A stretch of 50,265 nucleotides of DNA from Actinomycetota bacterium (GCA_009886115.1 VFJJ01000015.1:1-50265); one strand, 5' to 3'. Positions 19,215-29,620 are shown, numbered from the stretch's first letter. The notes: generated by a model from the sequence alone, not told the origin. Translations and numbers: made by a program.

Positions 19215-20267
19215 ATGAGAGCAGCGGTGTATCACGGTCGAGAGGACGTGCGGATCGAGGACGTCGCTGAACCGAGCCCGGGTCCCGGCCAGGTCAAGCT
19301 CCGTGTGGGCTCCAACGGGATCTGCGGCACCGACCTCCACGAGTTCTACAACGGTCCGATGTTCATCGGATCGGACACGCCGCATCCCCTGACGGGCCGG
19401 ACGCTGCCACAGATCATCGGGCATGAGTTCGCCGGAACCGTGGTGGAGCTGGGTGAGGGCGTCTCCGACCTCACCGTGGGCGACCTCGTCACGGTCGAGC
19501 CCATCGAATGGTGCGGTGTCTGCCCGCAGTGCCTGTCGGGGAGCTACAACTTGTGCCCGGTGCTGGCGTTCCACGGCGTGCAGCGTGACGGCGGTGGCCT
19601 CTCGGAGTTCACCGTCGTCAATCGGCGCATGGCCCATCGGGTTCCCGATGGGGTCTCAGCCGAGCTGGCCGCGCTGTGCGAGCCCATGTGCGTGGCGTTC
19701 CACGGTGTGTTGCGCTCGGGCCTGCAACCCGGCCAGACCGGTGTCGTGTACGGAGCTGGGCCGATCGGCATCGGGGCGTTCCTCGGATTGCGCGCCGAAG
19801 GCGTGACCGATCTCATCGTCGTGGAACCGTCGGCCGTTCGTCGTGCGGCCGTCGAACGCCTCGGGGCGCCCATCGTGCTCGATCCCACAGTCGACGACGT
19901 CGCGGCAGCGATCCTCAGTCATACCAAGGGTCGCGGGGCCGATGGCTCGATCGACTGTGCCGGGGCCATCGGAAGCTTTCAGGCCGCCGTGGCTTCGACC
20001 GGTGTGCACGGGCGGATCGTCACGGTTGCGGTGTTCGCCGAGCCCGTACCGTTCTCGCCGAACGACATCCTGTTCCGTGAGACGGAGATCACAGCGTCGA
20101 TGTGCTACTGCAACGACTACCCGAAGGTATTGGCCCACATGGCCAACGGGGCCTATCCCCTCGACGGGTGGGTCCAGCACATCGCCCTCGACGACCTCGT
20201 CGAGCACGGCATCAAGGTGCTGCGAGACCAGCGGGCCATGAAGATCCTCGTCGACGTGAACCCCTGA
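19215..20267 (+). CDS. Zn-dependent medium-chain dehydrogenase (2,3-butanediol dehydrogenase-like)
   Basis: GICGTDLHE, GHEFAG, CxxCxxCx7C, GAGPIG. Confidence 0.92.
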   Translation: MRAAVYHGREDVRIEDVAEPSPGPGQVKLRVGSNGICGTDLHEFYNGPMFIGSDTPHPLTGRTLPQIIGHEFAGTVVELGEGVSDLTVGDLVTVEPIEWCGVCPQCLSGSYNLCPVLAFHGVQRDGGGLSEFTVVNRRMAHRVPDGVSAELAALCEPMCVAFHGVLRSGLQPGQTGVVYGAGPIGIGAFLGLRAEGVTDLIVVEPSAVRRAAVERLGAPIVLDPTVDDVAAAILSHTKGRGADGSIDCAGAIGSFQAAVASTGVHGRIVTVAVFAEPVPFSPNDILFRETEITASMCYCNDYPKVLAHMANGAYPLDGWVQHIALDDLVEHGIKVLRDQRAMKILVDVNP

Positions 20268-20365
20268 CATCAGGGCCGTCCGACAACCCACCCAGGTTGG
20301 GTAGCCGTGCCTCACGATCTTCTGTTCTTCGTCGCGTTGCGTGAGTCGTCGGACGTTGCCGGGCT

Positions 20366-20797
20366 TCAGCGGGCGTCGGCCTGGAAGGTGTCGCCGTCCT
20401 CCCATTGCACGTCGATGGGACCGGTGCTGATCAGGATGAACTCGCAGCCGTCGGGCCCCGACTCCTCGGGGCCGTAGGTGTGACCGGCCCGCACCCAGCG
20501 CACGTCGCCCGTCGCGTACCAACCGGTGCCGTCGTTGAACGTCATCGAGCCCTTCATGATCACGTAGATCGTGTCGGCAGCGTGGGCGTGCCGGTTGGCC
20601 AACGTGTCGGGCGGGAACTTGTTGGGCACGATCCAGGGACCGGATTCCCAGGTGTCGCCCATGAACTTGACCTTCACGATGTCGGTCATGTTGGTGAAGA
20701 ACTCGGGAAACTCCTCGGGGTCGACGAAGGTCGTCCATTCCCCGCCGTCGAGGCTGGCCTTGCCCCGCCACTCATTGCGCTCGGCGTACGACTCCAT
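20366..20797 (-). CDS. Small cupin-domain protein
   Basis: PPDTLANRHAH..YVIMKGSM..GDVRWVRAGHTYGP; GAGGAG RBS. Confidence 0.75.
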   Translation of the reverse strand: MESYAERNEWRGKASLDGGEWTTFVDPEEFPEFFTNMTDIVKVKFMGDTWESGPWIVPNKFPPDTLANRHAHAADTIYVIMKGSMTFNDGTGWYATGDVRWVRAGHTYGPEESGPDGCEFILISTGPIDVQWEDGDTFQADAR

Positions 20798-20864
20798 GTG
20801 CTTGTCTCCTCGGACCGTCGCAGCGGTCATCAGGTGTGGTCGTGGTCGTCAGTGGTCCAGGTAG

Positions 20865-22565
20865 TCAGTGCGTCAGTGCGATCGGCGCGTCGCCGGGGCC
20901 TGAGCCGGGATCGGTTCGCGTGGTCTCGATCACCAAGCTACCCGCCTGCTCCATCGCTCGGAGGGCCCGTTTGTCGATCTTTCCGACGCTGGTCTTGGGG
21001 AGGGCATCGACGAACGTGAACCGTTCGGGCAACCACCAGCGGGCGACCTGATCGGCGAGGAACGTACGCAGCTCGTCGCCGTCGACGAGGTGGGCCGGTT
21101 CACGCACGATCACAGCGAGCGGCCGCTCCTGCCAACGCTCGTCGGCCACGGCGATCACGGCGGCCTCGACGACGGCCGGATGGGCCACGAGCCGGTTCTC
21201 GAGCTCGACCGACGAGATCCACTCGCCGCCCGACTTGATGACGTCCTTGGTGCGATCGGTGAGCTGTACGAACGCCCGGTCGTCGATCGTGCCCACGTCG
21301 CCCGTCCGCAACCAGCCGTCGGCCGTGAAGGACTCGGGGGAGGGATCGTCGTGGTAGGCGCCAGTGACCCATGGGCCCCGGAGCTGGAGCTCGCCGACCG
21401 ATGTGCCGTCCCAGACCACCGGCGCTCCGCTTTCGTCGACCAACCTGATCTCGACTCCGGGCACCGGACGGCCGCTGCGCGCCCGCCATTCCCCGTCGTC
21501 GTCGGGATCGGCGTCGCGGGGAGGCACCGAAACCGCGCACAGCGGCGAGGTCTCGGTCATGCCCCACCCCTGCACGAGCGGTACGCCCCAGACGCGGCGC
21601 ACGGCTTCGACCATCGAGCGGGGGACCGCCGAACCACCCGAGACGATCATCCGCAACGACGAGGCATCGACCGGTTCACGCTCGTGGCGCCGGAGCAGGT
21701 CGCTGATGATGGTTGGGACGGCCGCGGTGAACGTGATGCGCTGCTCGCACAGGAGCCGAGCGATGGCTGGGGCCTGGAGATGGGGACCCGGCATCACGAG
21801 GTCGGCGCCGCTCATCCACGCCGCATAGGGGAGCCCCCAGGCGTTGGCGTGGAACATGGGTGGCACCAGCAGGATCCGGTCAGCTTGGTTGATGGCGAAG
21901 GTGTCGACCGCCCGGGCGGCCAACGAGTGCACGAACGTCGACTTGTGGCTGTACACGACACCCTTGGGGTTACCCGTCGTCCCGCTCGTGTAACAGACCG
22001 CGGCCGCGGCGTCTTCGTCGACATCGGGCCAGGCGAACTCCGCGGGCGCGTCGTCGAGCAGGGTGTCGTACGCGTGGATCGAGTGGTGCGCAGCCGGTGC
22101 GCCTGGGCTGCTGCTCGCTCCGGGGTTGATCGTTCGACGCGCCCCGACGACGACGATGTGTTCGACGCCTGGGCACAGGGGTAGCACCGTGTCGAGCAGG
22201 GGAAGCAGCACCGCGTCGACCAACAGGACCCGGTCGTCGGCGTGGTTGACGATGTACGCAATCTGCTCGGGAAACAGTCGGATGTTCAGCGTGTGGAGGA
22301 CAGCACCCATGCTCGGGATCGCGAGATACGCCTCCATGTGCGCCGCGTGGTTCCAGCAGAAGGTGGCAACGCGATCGCCTCGACACACCCCGAGCCCGGC
22401 CAGCGCGCCCGCCAGCCGCTCCGCCCGGGCTGCGATGCGCGCGTACGTCGCGTCGATCACCCGCTCGCCGTCGAACTCGGCGACGATGCTGCGCCCGTGG
22501 ACCGCCCGGCCGTGGCGCATGATCAGGGCCACACCCATGGGCTGGTTCATCATCGTTGCCAGCAC
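20865..22565 (-). CDS. Medium/long-chain fatty-acid-CoA ligase (AlkK/DmdB-like)
   Basis: YTSGTTGNPKG, PMFHANAWG, GWGMTE, KSGGEWISSVELE. Confidence 0.93.
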   Translation of the reverse strand: MLATMMNQPMGVALIMRHGRAVHGRSIVAEFDGERVIDATYARIAARAERLAGALAGLGVCRGDRVATFCWNHAAHMEAYLAIPSMGAVLHTLNIRLFPEQIAYIVNHADDRVLLVDAVLLPLLDTVLPLCPGVEHIVVVGARRTINPGASSSPGAPAAHHSIHAYDTLLDDAPAEFAWPDVDEDAAAAVCYTSGTTGNPKGVVYSHKSTFVHSLAARAVDTFAINQADRILLVPPMFHANAWGLPYAAWMSGADLVMPGPHLQAPAIARLLCEQRITFTAAVPTIISDLLRRHEREPVDASSLRMIVSGGSAVPRSMVEAVRRVWGVPLVQGWGMTETSPLCAVSVPPRDADPDDDGEWRARSGRPVPGVEIRLVDESGAPVVWDGTSVGELQLRGPWVTGAYHDDPSPESFTADGWLRTGDVGTIDDRAFVQLTDRTKDVIKSGGEWISSVELENRLVAHPAVVEAAVIAVADERWQERPLAVIVREPAHLVDGDELRTFLADQVARWWLPERFTFVDALPKTSVGKIDKRALRAMEQAGSLVIETTRTDPGSGPGDAPIALTH

Positions 22566-22607
22566 ACAGCCCCCCGGTTCTGCAACAGGCCCGTTCGCCT
22601 GAGGGCC

Positions 22608-23348
22608 TCAGGTCTTCGCCGACCAACCACCGTCCATGGGGATGACGAGGCCGGTCAAGAACGCGGCGTCCTCACTGTGGAGGTATGCCACCATCCCGGC
22701 CACCTCACCGGCCGTGCCCAGGCGGGGGATGATGTGGTTCACCGAGAAGTCGACGTCGACATCGCCCAGGATCGGGGTGTCGATGGTGCCCGGGGCGATG
22801 GCGTTGATCCGAACGGTCGGGTACTGCATCGCGGCCTGCTTGGTCAGCGAGATGACGCCGCCCTTGGCTGCTGAGTACGCGGTGAGGTCGAGCAGGCCGC
22901 GCACAGCGGCCATCGAGGAGATGTTGACGACCGAACCTCGTCCCCGTTCGAGCATGTGCGGGAGCACGGTCTTCATCCCGAGCCAGGTCCCGGTGAGATC
23001 GGTGTCGATCACCCAGTGCCAGTGCTCCTCGTCGAGTTCGATGACGTTGTCGGGCCCGAGCGTGTTGACGATGCCCGCGATGTTGCACAGGTAATCGACC
23101 TGGCCGTATGCCCCGAGCGCTTCATCGAGCGTCTTCTTCCACAGCGCCGACTTGGTGACGTCCATCTCGACGGCGATCGCGGTGCCACCGGCACCCTGGA
23201 TGGACTTGGTCGTCTGCTCGGCACCGGTCCCGTTGACGTCGGCGCAGACGACCCGTACGCCTTCCTCCGACAGTCGGATGGCCGTGGCCTGACCGATACC
23301 GGAAGCCGCACCGGTGACGATGGCCGCTCCTCCTGAGAGTCCCCTCAT
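22608..23348 (-). CDS. SDR family oxidoreductase
   Basis: TGAASGIG, NISS, YSAAK; starts at MRGLSGG. Confidence 0.92.
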   Translation of the reverse strand: MRGLSGGAAIVTGAASGIGQATAIRLSEEGVRVVCADVNGTGAEQTTKSIQGAGGTAIAVEMDVTKSALWKKTLDEALGAYGQVDYLCNIAGIVNTLGPDNVIELDEEHWHWVIDTDLTGTWLGMKTVLPHMLERGRGSVVNISSMAAVRGLLDLTAYSAAKGGVISLTKQAAMQYPTVRINAIAPGTIDTPILGDVDVDFSVNHIIPRLGTAGEVAGMVAYLHSEDAAFLTGLVIPMDGGWSAKT

Positions 23349-23415
23349 GGTGAACCCGACTTTCTGTCCGAATGCCCGGCCCCGGCTCGTGGGGGACCCA
23401 GGCATGGGCCGCGTG

Positions 23416-24507
23416 CTAGGCGAGGAGCGCTTGGGGGACGACGATCTCGTCCTTGGGGAAGTGGGGCATGACCTCGTTGGCGAAGATCTTCATCGACTCC
23501 TTGACCTTCCAGTCCTCGAGGCCGCCGATGCGCATCCAGCAGAAGATCTCCTGTTGGCCGATCGTGTCGCGCAGATCGGCGATCTTGGCCGTGGCCTCCT
23601 CGGGGGTACCGAGCATGATGATGCCGCCCTGCTTGAGGGCGCTCACGTCGACCCCGCCCATCTCCTCGAACGCCGCTGCGGTGTCTCGCATGTACTCGTA
23701 GCCCGCGGGAGCGTTGGGGCCCTTGGGAACGAGGTCCATGACCAGGTTGAAGTACCAGTCGAGCGCCTCCGACGGGCGGGCGAAGGCCTCTTCCTCGGTC
23801 TCGGCCAGGTGCATCTGCCAGTTCATCGGGAAGTTCAGGCTCTTGGGGTCGCGCCCGCCGGCGATGAGCTTGCGCTTGGCATCGACGACGAAGGCCTTCA
23901 GCGACTCGAGATCCATGAGTGTCGGGGTGACCATGATGTTCAGCCCGTACTTGTCGACCAGGTCGAACGTGGTGGGCGAGATGGCCGCGACGTAGATCGG
24001 CGGCCGGGGGCGCTGCACCGGGCGAGGGGTGATCGCCACGTCATCGAGCTGGTAGTGCTTGCCCTGGTAGCTGAACCGCTCGTTTTCCCAGAGACCGATG
24101 AGGATGTCGAGGCTCTCCTCGAAGATCTCACGGCTGATGCTCTGCTTGTCGGCGAGCATCAGGTTCTTGAACTCCATGGGCTGGTACCCCCGACCGACAC
24201 CCATGTCGAGCCGGCCGCCCGAGATCACGTCGACCATCGCGTAGTCCTCGGCGGTGCGGACCGGGTTCTGGAACGGGAGGATCGACACGGCCATACCGAT
24301 GCGCAGGCGTTCGGTGATCTTGGCCACGGCCGAGCAGGCGACCGCGCCGTTCGGGATGGAGCCGTAGGCGGAGCCGTGGTGCTCGGCCAGCCACACCGAG
24401 TCGAAGCCCAGCTCCTCGGCGTACTCGATCTGACCGAACATCTCCTTGTAGGCCCGCTGGTACTCACCATCAGGGCTCTCGAGAACGTAGAACATTCCGA
24501 ACTTCAT
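23416..24507 (-). CDS. Luciferase-like (LLM) flavin-dependent oxidoreductase, LuxA-like
   Basis: MKFGMF, GFDSVWLAEHH, NPVRTAED, GRLDMGVGRG, PRPVQRP. Confidence 0.9.
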   Translation of the reverse strand: MKFGMFYVLESPDGEYQRAYKEMFGQIEYAEELGFDSVWLAEHHGSAYGSIPNGAVACSAVAKITERLRIGMAVSILPFQNPVRTAEDYAMVDVISGGRLDMGVGRGYQPMEFKNLMLADKQSISREIFEESLDILIGLWENERFSYQGKHYQLDDVAITPRPVQRPRPPIYVAAISPTTFDLVDKYGLNIMVTPTLMDLESLKAFVVDAKRKLIAGGRDPKSLNFPMNWQMHLAETEEEAFARPSEALDWYFNLVMDLVPKGPNAPAGYEYMRDTAAAFEEMGGVDVSALKQGGIIMLGTPEEATAKIADLRDTIGQQEIFCWMRIGGLEDWKVKESMKIFANEVMPHFPKDEIVVPQALLA

Positions 24508-24566
24508 GGGGGGACCCCTTTGGTCGTTGCGCCGGTTGTGACGGTATGGCGTGGCCGAGAGCTCGC

Positions 24567-25574
24567 TCAGGCGAGGTTGGCGCGTACCTTGGGCAGCACG
24601 TCCTTGGCCAACAGCTCGATGCGACGGGCCCCGGCCGCGACGGGCTCGCCCGGGAACCGGGCCCAGAAATGCACGTCGACGATCTCCGGGCAGGCCTTGA
24701 GCATCGCGGTGAGCTCGGTGACAGCGGTGGCTGGATCCATCACCTGATACAAGCCGTGCTCGAGTGCTGCCGCGGCATCGGGGAACGGCGGAACCTGGTC
24801 GGGCGGACCGAACGCACCCCACTTGATGTACTCGTTGACCTCGTACAGGGCGTGCGGACCGACCTCGGCCGCGACCCGCTCGGGATCTTCGTCGACGATG
24901 CCCCAGTGGCCGGCGTAGATGGCCGGGGTGCTGCCGGCCTCGGCGCAGGCCTGGAGGTAGATGTCGTTGCCGATGCCGCCTGTGGCGAGGAAGCCGTCAG
25001 CGAGCCGCGCCGCCCGCTTGATGGCCGGCTCGGACATGCCGCCCATGAGGATGCGGGGCGGCGTCGCGGGAACGGGTGTGACCCGCAGGCCCGCAGGTAC
25101 CGAAAAGCGCTTGCCCTCGAATTCGATGGGCTCGCCACTCCAGGCCTGACGCAGGATCGCCACGGCCTCCTCCATGAGGCTGGGGCGGTGCGACAGTTTG
25201 CGATCGAAGGCCGTGAACTCATCAGCTCGGTAGCCGAGGCCGACTCCGAGATCGAACCGTCCGCCGGTGAGGATCGACACCGTGGCGACGTCACCGGCCA
25301 AACGGAGCGGATCGTGCAGCGGCAGGAGCATCAGGTTGGTGGCGATGCGCATCTGCTTGGTGCGCTGGCCGACCGCTCCGGCCAGGATCAGCGCTGAGGG
25401 CGTGTAGCCGTCGTCGCAGAAGAAGTGCTCGGTGAACCACACCGATCCGTAACCCAACCCCTCCGCCCACTCGATCTGGTCGATCGTCTCGCGATAGAGC
25501 TGTTCGTTCGGGACCTTCCACGGCTCCGGGTTGCGCATGTGGTACCAGAGCCCGAAACGGACGTCACGTGCCAT
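24567..25574 (-). CDS. LLM class flavin-dependent oxidoreductase
   Basis: VWFTEH, DPLRLA, GGRFDLGVGLGYRADEF. Confidence 0.9.
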   Translation of the reverse strand: MARDVRFGLWYHMRNPEPWKVPNEQLYRETIDQIEWAEGLGYGSVWFTEHFFCDDGYTPSALILAGAVGQRTKQMRIATNLMLLPLHDPLRLAGDVATVSILTGGRFDLGVGLGYRADEFTAFDRKLSHRPSLMEEAVAILRQAWSGEPIEFEGKRFSVPAGLRVTPVPATPPRILMGGMSEPAIKRAARLADGFLATGGIGNDIYLQACAEAGSTPAIYAGHWGIVDEDPERVAAEVGPHALYEVNEYIKWGAFGPPDQVPPFPDAAAALEHGLYQVMDPATAVTELTAMLKACPEIVDVHFWARFPGEPVAAGARRIELLAKDVLPKVRANLA

Positions 25575-25589
25575 CGAACGCTCCCCGGA

Positions 25590-26393
25590 TCACAGGCTGT
25601 TGACGAAGGAGACGAGCTCGTCGCGATACCGCGGCCCATCCTCCAGGAACGGGGCGTGGCCACACCCGGGGAACTCGACCAAACGACCGTTTGGCGCGCT
25701 GCGAGCGGCGAGCCGTCCGATCTCGGGATCGACGATGACATCCTTGGCCCCCACCATCGACAGCACGGGAGCAGTGATGCCGGCAAGGATGGCCCGCTGG
25801 TCGAGGACGCCGAGCTCGGCGAGCGTGGCGTCGGCCTGAGGAGACGCCTGGAGGAAGATCCCGGTCATCCAGGCGATCATGGCGTCGGGCTGGGGCTCGG
25901 CGCACACCCCCTGCGACAACCCGTTGAGGAAGTTCACCCGGTCGGCACGGAGCGCCCCCACGGTTGCGCCGACAGCGTCAGCCGGTCCGCCGTGGGGGAA
26001 GTCGTCGGCCTGGGCGTAGCGCGGTGTGGCGCCGCAGGTGAGCACGATGGCGCCGAGGTCGGCGCCCAGGCGGCTGCCTGCCTCCACCACGACCGGCCCA
26101 CCGATCGACCATCCGTTGAGGACGGGGCTCTGCAACCCGAGGTGTCGTACCAGGGCAACGACATCACCGGCGATGGCGCCGATCGAGGTGTCGGAGAAGT
26201 CCTTGTCGGACGAGCCGCACGCTCGATGGTCGATCGACACGACGGTGTTGCCGTTCTCGAGGAGTCTCGGGAGCGTGGTGTCCCAGACCCGGCAGCTCAT
26301 CCCCCATCCGTGCACCAGCACGACCGGACGCTTGGCCCCTTCGTGGTGCTCGAAGTAGATGCGCCTGTCACCGTCGACCGCCAGGTATGCCAC
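25590..26393 (-). CDS. Alpha/beta hydrolase (non-heme haloperoxidase/arylesterase-like)
   Basis: HGW oxyanion motif, GWSIGG nucleophile elbow, GAKD, GHAPF. Confidence 0.9.
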   Translation of the reverse strand: MAYLAVDGDRRIYFEHHEGAKRPVVLVHGWGMSCRVWDTTLPRLLENGNTVVSIDHRACGSSDKDFSDTSIGAIAGDVVALVRHLGLQSPVLNGWSIGGPVVVEAGSRLGADLGAIVLTCGATPRYAQADDFPHGGPADAVGATVGALRADRVNFLNGLSQGVCAEPQPDAMIAWMTGIFLQASPQADATLAELGVLDQRAILAGITAPVLSMVGAKDVIVDPEIGRLAARSAPNGRLVEFPGCGHAPFLEDGPRYRDELVSFVNSL

Positions 26394-26420
26394 GGTTTCC
26401 CCCCATACGTCGTCGACTGG

Positions 26421-26446
26421 TTCAACCGATCGTTCGATCGCTTGAA
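26421..26446. promoter_or_regulatory. Candidate operator, motif A; imperfect palindrome
   Basis: TTCAACCGATCGTTCGATCGCTTGAA between divergent genes. Confidence 0.5.
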
Positions 26447-26561
26447 TCCCTGCACACTATTCGGCGCTGCCGCCTCCGTCCAAGGGACACTTCGATGTTC
26501 CGGGGCCTAGTGTTCCGGCTCTCGGGCCAGGACTCGGGGGAGCGAGACGCGGGAGGCGACG

Positions 26562-27464
26562 ATGGCCGAAGAGGCGCCGCTGCTGGCGAACGAGGACGAT
26601 CATCCGCACGATCTGGTCCACGAGGAAGGCTCGCGTCGGGTCATCGCCATGGACTCGGCACGGTACGTCGATGCCCGAAATCGTGACCGCGATGTCGTGG
26701 TGGCAGCCTCCTACCTGGGTGTGCTCCCTGCTCGCCTGATGGCGCCGCACCGGCCGCGGGCCGTGATCGGCCATGACGGCTGCATCGGCAAGGACGGCGC
26801 TGGTATCGCGGGGCTCTGGTACCTCGAGGCCTTGGGAATACCGGCCGCCACGGCCGAGGGGATGAGCGCCGAGCTCGGCAACGGGATCGACATGTACGAG
26901 ACCGGCCTCATCTCCAGGGTCAACATCTACGCCGAGCGGTGCGGTGTCACCGAAGGGATGTCGGTGCGAGACGCGGCCCTGGTGCTGCTCCGCAACGATC
27001 CGAGCGGCGAGGTCGATGAGGGGACCAAGATCCGGCGGGAGGTGAAGGCCACGTCGAGATCGGGACGAGAGATCGTGGTCACCGACTCGATCGTGTTCGC
27101 GCTGCCCGGCGACTCCAACAACGTGCTCGTGACGGCAGGGCACACCGGACGCAGTGGCGCCAAGTTCCTCCTGGAGGTGCACCCACACGGGTTCATCTGC
27201 TCCGACGGCGGGCGGGCCAAGAACGACTCGGGCACCAGCGGGCTCATCGTGACCGACGAGCACGGCCTCGCCGGCGCGTGCTGCGACGCGTGGAGCGCGC
27301 CGGTGGGAGACGCGTTCAAGGCCTGGGACGAGGGTCGGATCAGCGCGTGCAACGAGTCGGCTCGACGCCGCGGGGTCGAGGTCGGGATGCTCGTGCGCGA
27401 TGCCGCGCAGGCGTTGCTGCATGAGGTGCCCGACGTGTCCGAGGTCGCGAAGTCCGGAGCGTGA
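26562..27464 (+). CDS. Uncharacterised internally duplicated protein (paralog of 8888-9736)
   Basis: Shares GVLPAR, IAGLWYLEALGIPAA, NVLVTAGHTGRS, GFICSDGGR and ISACN with 8888-9736; GGAGG RBS. Confidence 0.85.
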   Translation: MAEEAPLLANEDDHPHDLVHEEGSRRVIAMDSARYVDARNRDRDVVVAASYLGVLPARLMAPHRPRAVIGHDGCIGKDGAGIAGLWYLEALGIPAATAEGMSAELGNGIDMYETGLISRVNIYAERCGVTEGMSVRDAALVLLRNDPSGEVDEGTKIRREVKATSRSGREIVVTDSIVFALPGDSNNVLVTAGHTGRSGAKFLLEVHPHGFICSDGGRAKNDSGTSGLIVTDEHGLAGACCDAWSAPVGDAFKAWDEGRISACNESARRRGVEVGMLVRDAAQALLHEVPDVSEVAKSGA

Positions 27465-27468
27465 TCAC

Positions 27469-29010
27469 GTGAACGTCGGGCTGGCGATCACCCGCAATGC
27501 CGTTCGCCGTCCAGACAGCCCGGCGCTGTTCGGCGATCGCGTCGTCACCTACCGGGAGCTCGACGAGCGGACGAACCGTCTCGCCCATGCACTCAGCGAC
27601 AGGTTCGGCATCGCCAAGGGCGACCGTGTGGCGCTGTTCGTTCCCAATCGCCCCGAGGTCGTCGAGGTGCTGGGCGGGATCGTCAAGTGCGGAGCGGTAT
27701 ACGTGGGCCTCAACTTCCGGCTCGGGCCCACCGAGATGGAGCAGGTCTTCGACAACGCCGAGCCCCGATTGATGATCACGGATTCCGAGCACCGGGCCGA
27801 GGCCGAACGGGTCTGCTCGCTGCTGGGTGTGCCGCTCGTCGACATCGACACCGTTGCCTACGCGGAGCTGCTCGCGGCGTCGTCGGCCGAAGCTCATCCG
27901 GCGGTGCATCAGGTCCGGCACGATGACGACTTCTGCATCGTGTACACGAGCGGCACGACCGGTCGGCCCAAGGGGGTGCTGTTCGATCATGCCCGGGCGC
28001 TCCAGCATGCGACCGTCACGTGTCTGGAGTACGACGTCACGCCCGACAGCCGGTATCTCGTGCAGATCCCGCACAACTCGAGCGTCAACATCACGATCGT
28101 GCCCTGTCTGGTGATCGGGGCCGCTCTCGGGTTTCTCGACAGTCGGAGCTTCGACCCGGTGCCCTTCGCCCGGATGGTTGCCGACCATGCCGTCACCCAC
28201 TCGTTCCTCGTGCCGACGCAGCTGATGCGCATGCTCGATCGCCTGCCGCACAGCGACGATCATCTCCTGTCGTCACTCGTGACCCTGGGGTACGGATCGT
28301 CGCCCATCAGTCCCGATCGGCTGGGCGAGCTCGTGTCGCGTTTGGGACCGATCTTCATCCAGCTCTACGGGATGGCCGAGATCGCTTCGGTCGGGACCCT
28401 GTTGCGCAAGCACGACCACGTGGCCGCGCTCGGGCGCAGCCCCCGGTTGCTCGCCTCGTGCGGGCAGCCGTCGTACGCCGTCGACGTGCGTGTGGTCGAT
28501 GGCGACGGTCGGGATGTCGCGATCGGTGAGCGGGGCGAGGTGATCTTCGCCGGGCCCCATGTGATGAAGGGCTACTACCGGGAGCCGGAACGGACCGCCG
28601 AGCATCTCCGCGATGGTTGGATGCATTCGGGCGATGTCGCCGTGGTCGACGCCGAGGGGTTCGTGTACATCGTCGACCGGATCAAGAACCTCATCATCCG
28701 GGGTGGCTTGAACATCGCCCCGACCGAGATCGAGAACGTGCTCTACCGCCACGAGGCCGTGCTGGAGTGCTCCGTGATCGGCGTTCCCGACCCGGAGTGG
28801 GGTGAGGCGATCGTGGCTGTCGTGGCTCTCAGGCAGGGGCACACGGTGGAGCCCGAGGAGCTGCGCTTGCACTGCCGGCAGTCGGAGCTGTCGTCGATCA
28901 AGGTTCCCGTTCGCGTGGAGGTCGTCGACTCCCTCCCCAAGAACGCCGTCGGCAAGATCGCCAAGGACGAGCTCCGCCGCCAGCACTGGGGCCCCGGCCG
29001 CCAGGTGTGA
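27469..29010 (+). CDS. Acyl-CoA synthetase / class I adenylate-forming enzyme
   Basis: YTSGTTGRPKG, YGMAE, WMHSGD, DRIKNLIIRGG, LPKNAVGK. Confidence 0.92.
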   Translation: MNVGLAITRNAVRRPDSPALFGDRVVTYRELDERTNRLAHALSDRFGIAKGDRVALFVPNRPEVVEVLGGIVKCGAVYVGLNFRLGPTEMEQVFDNAEPRLMITDSEHRAEAERVCSLLGVPLVDIDTVAYAELLAASSAEAHPAVHQVRHDDDFCIVYTSGTTGRPKGVLFDHARALQHATVTCLEYDVTPDSRYLVQIPHNSSVNITIVPCLVIGAALGFLDSRSFDPVPFARMVADHAVTHSFLVPTQLMRMLDRLPHSDDHLLSSLVTLGYGSSPISPDRLGELVSRLGPIFIQLYGMAEIASVGTLLRKHDHVAALGRSPRLLASCGQPSYAVDVRVVDGDGRDVAIGERGEVIFAGPHVMKGYYREPERTAEHLRDGWMHSGDVAVVDAEGFVYIVDRIKNLIIRGGLNIAPTEIENVLYRHEAVLECSVIGVPDPEWGEAIVAVVALRQGHTVEPEELRLHCRQSELSSIKVPVRVEVVDSLPKNAVGKIAKDELRRQHWGPGRQV

Positions 29011-29061
29011 CGCTCGCCGTGGGAGCGCCCCGGCCTTCACTGACGACTCGGCGACGGCGGA

Positions 29062-29577
29062 TCACGGCTGGGTGTACAGGAGCCACGTGCGACGGGCTCG
29101 GTCGGCGACCTCGTCGCGGAGCTCGCTGGGCTCGATGACCTGGATGTGCGGGCCGAGCGACATCACCTCGACCGCGGCGCCTTCGAGGCTGTCGATCAGG
29201 AACGTGGCATCGAGCCAACCGTCGTCGGCGCCCGGCCGCTGTCGACGAATGCGCAACGGTTGGAGTCGCCCGAGCACTGCCGCCAACCGCTGGCCCTCGG
29301 GCGTGACCCGGACCCGCGCCCTTCTCGGCCCGGCGCGAGGCGGGTGGAGTCGGCGATGGGACCGGCTCGTGAGCTCGGTGGTGTAGCCGTCGAGCAACTG
29401 GATCCCGCCCCCGGGTCCGCGGGTGGCATAGACGGGTACGCCCGCGCCGGAGAGCGCTTCGACGTCTCGCAGGACGGTCCGCTCGCTCACCTCCAACTCG
29501 ACAGCCAGATCGGCGGCAGTCACCCGTCCGCGTCGCTGCAGGATGAGCAGCAAGGTGATCAGCCGGCCGGCACGCAT
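29062..29577 (-). CDS. YafY-like HTH regulator lacking the WYL domain (HTH + WCX)
   Basis: N-terminus [22 protein letters not shown] is the YafY-type HTH; C-terminus [14 protein letters not shown] is WCX-like; only 171 aa. Confidence 0.75.
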   Translation of the reverse strand: MRAGRLITLLLILQRRGRVTAADLAVELEVSERTVLRDVEALSGAGVPVYATRGPGGGIQLLDGYTTELTSRSHRRLHPPRAGPRRARVRVTPEGQRLAAVLGRLQPLRIRRQRPGADDGWLDATFLIDSLEGAAVEVMSLGPHIQVIEPSELRDEVADRARRTWLLYTQP

Positions 29578-29603
29578 TCGGTCATGTTCGCAGAATCCTA
29601 TTC

Positions 29604-29620
29604 ATGACAAGAGATGTCAT
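29604..29620. promoter_or_regulatory. Palindrome ATGACA-N5-TGTCAT, likely operator of the adjacent YafY-like regulator
   Basis: Perfect 6-bp arms in an 88-bp divergent intergenic region; TACAGT -10-like hexamer at 29632-29637. Confidence 0.65.

Noticed and set aside
23416..25574. luxAB bioluminescence genes
   Set aside because: No luxCDE; LLM paralogs are common in actinobacteria
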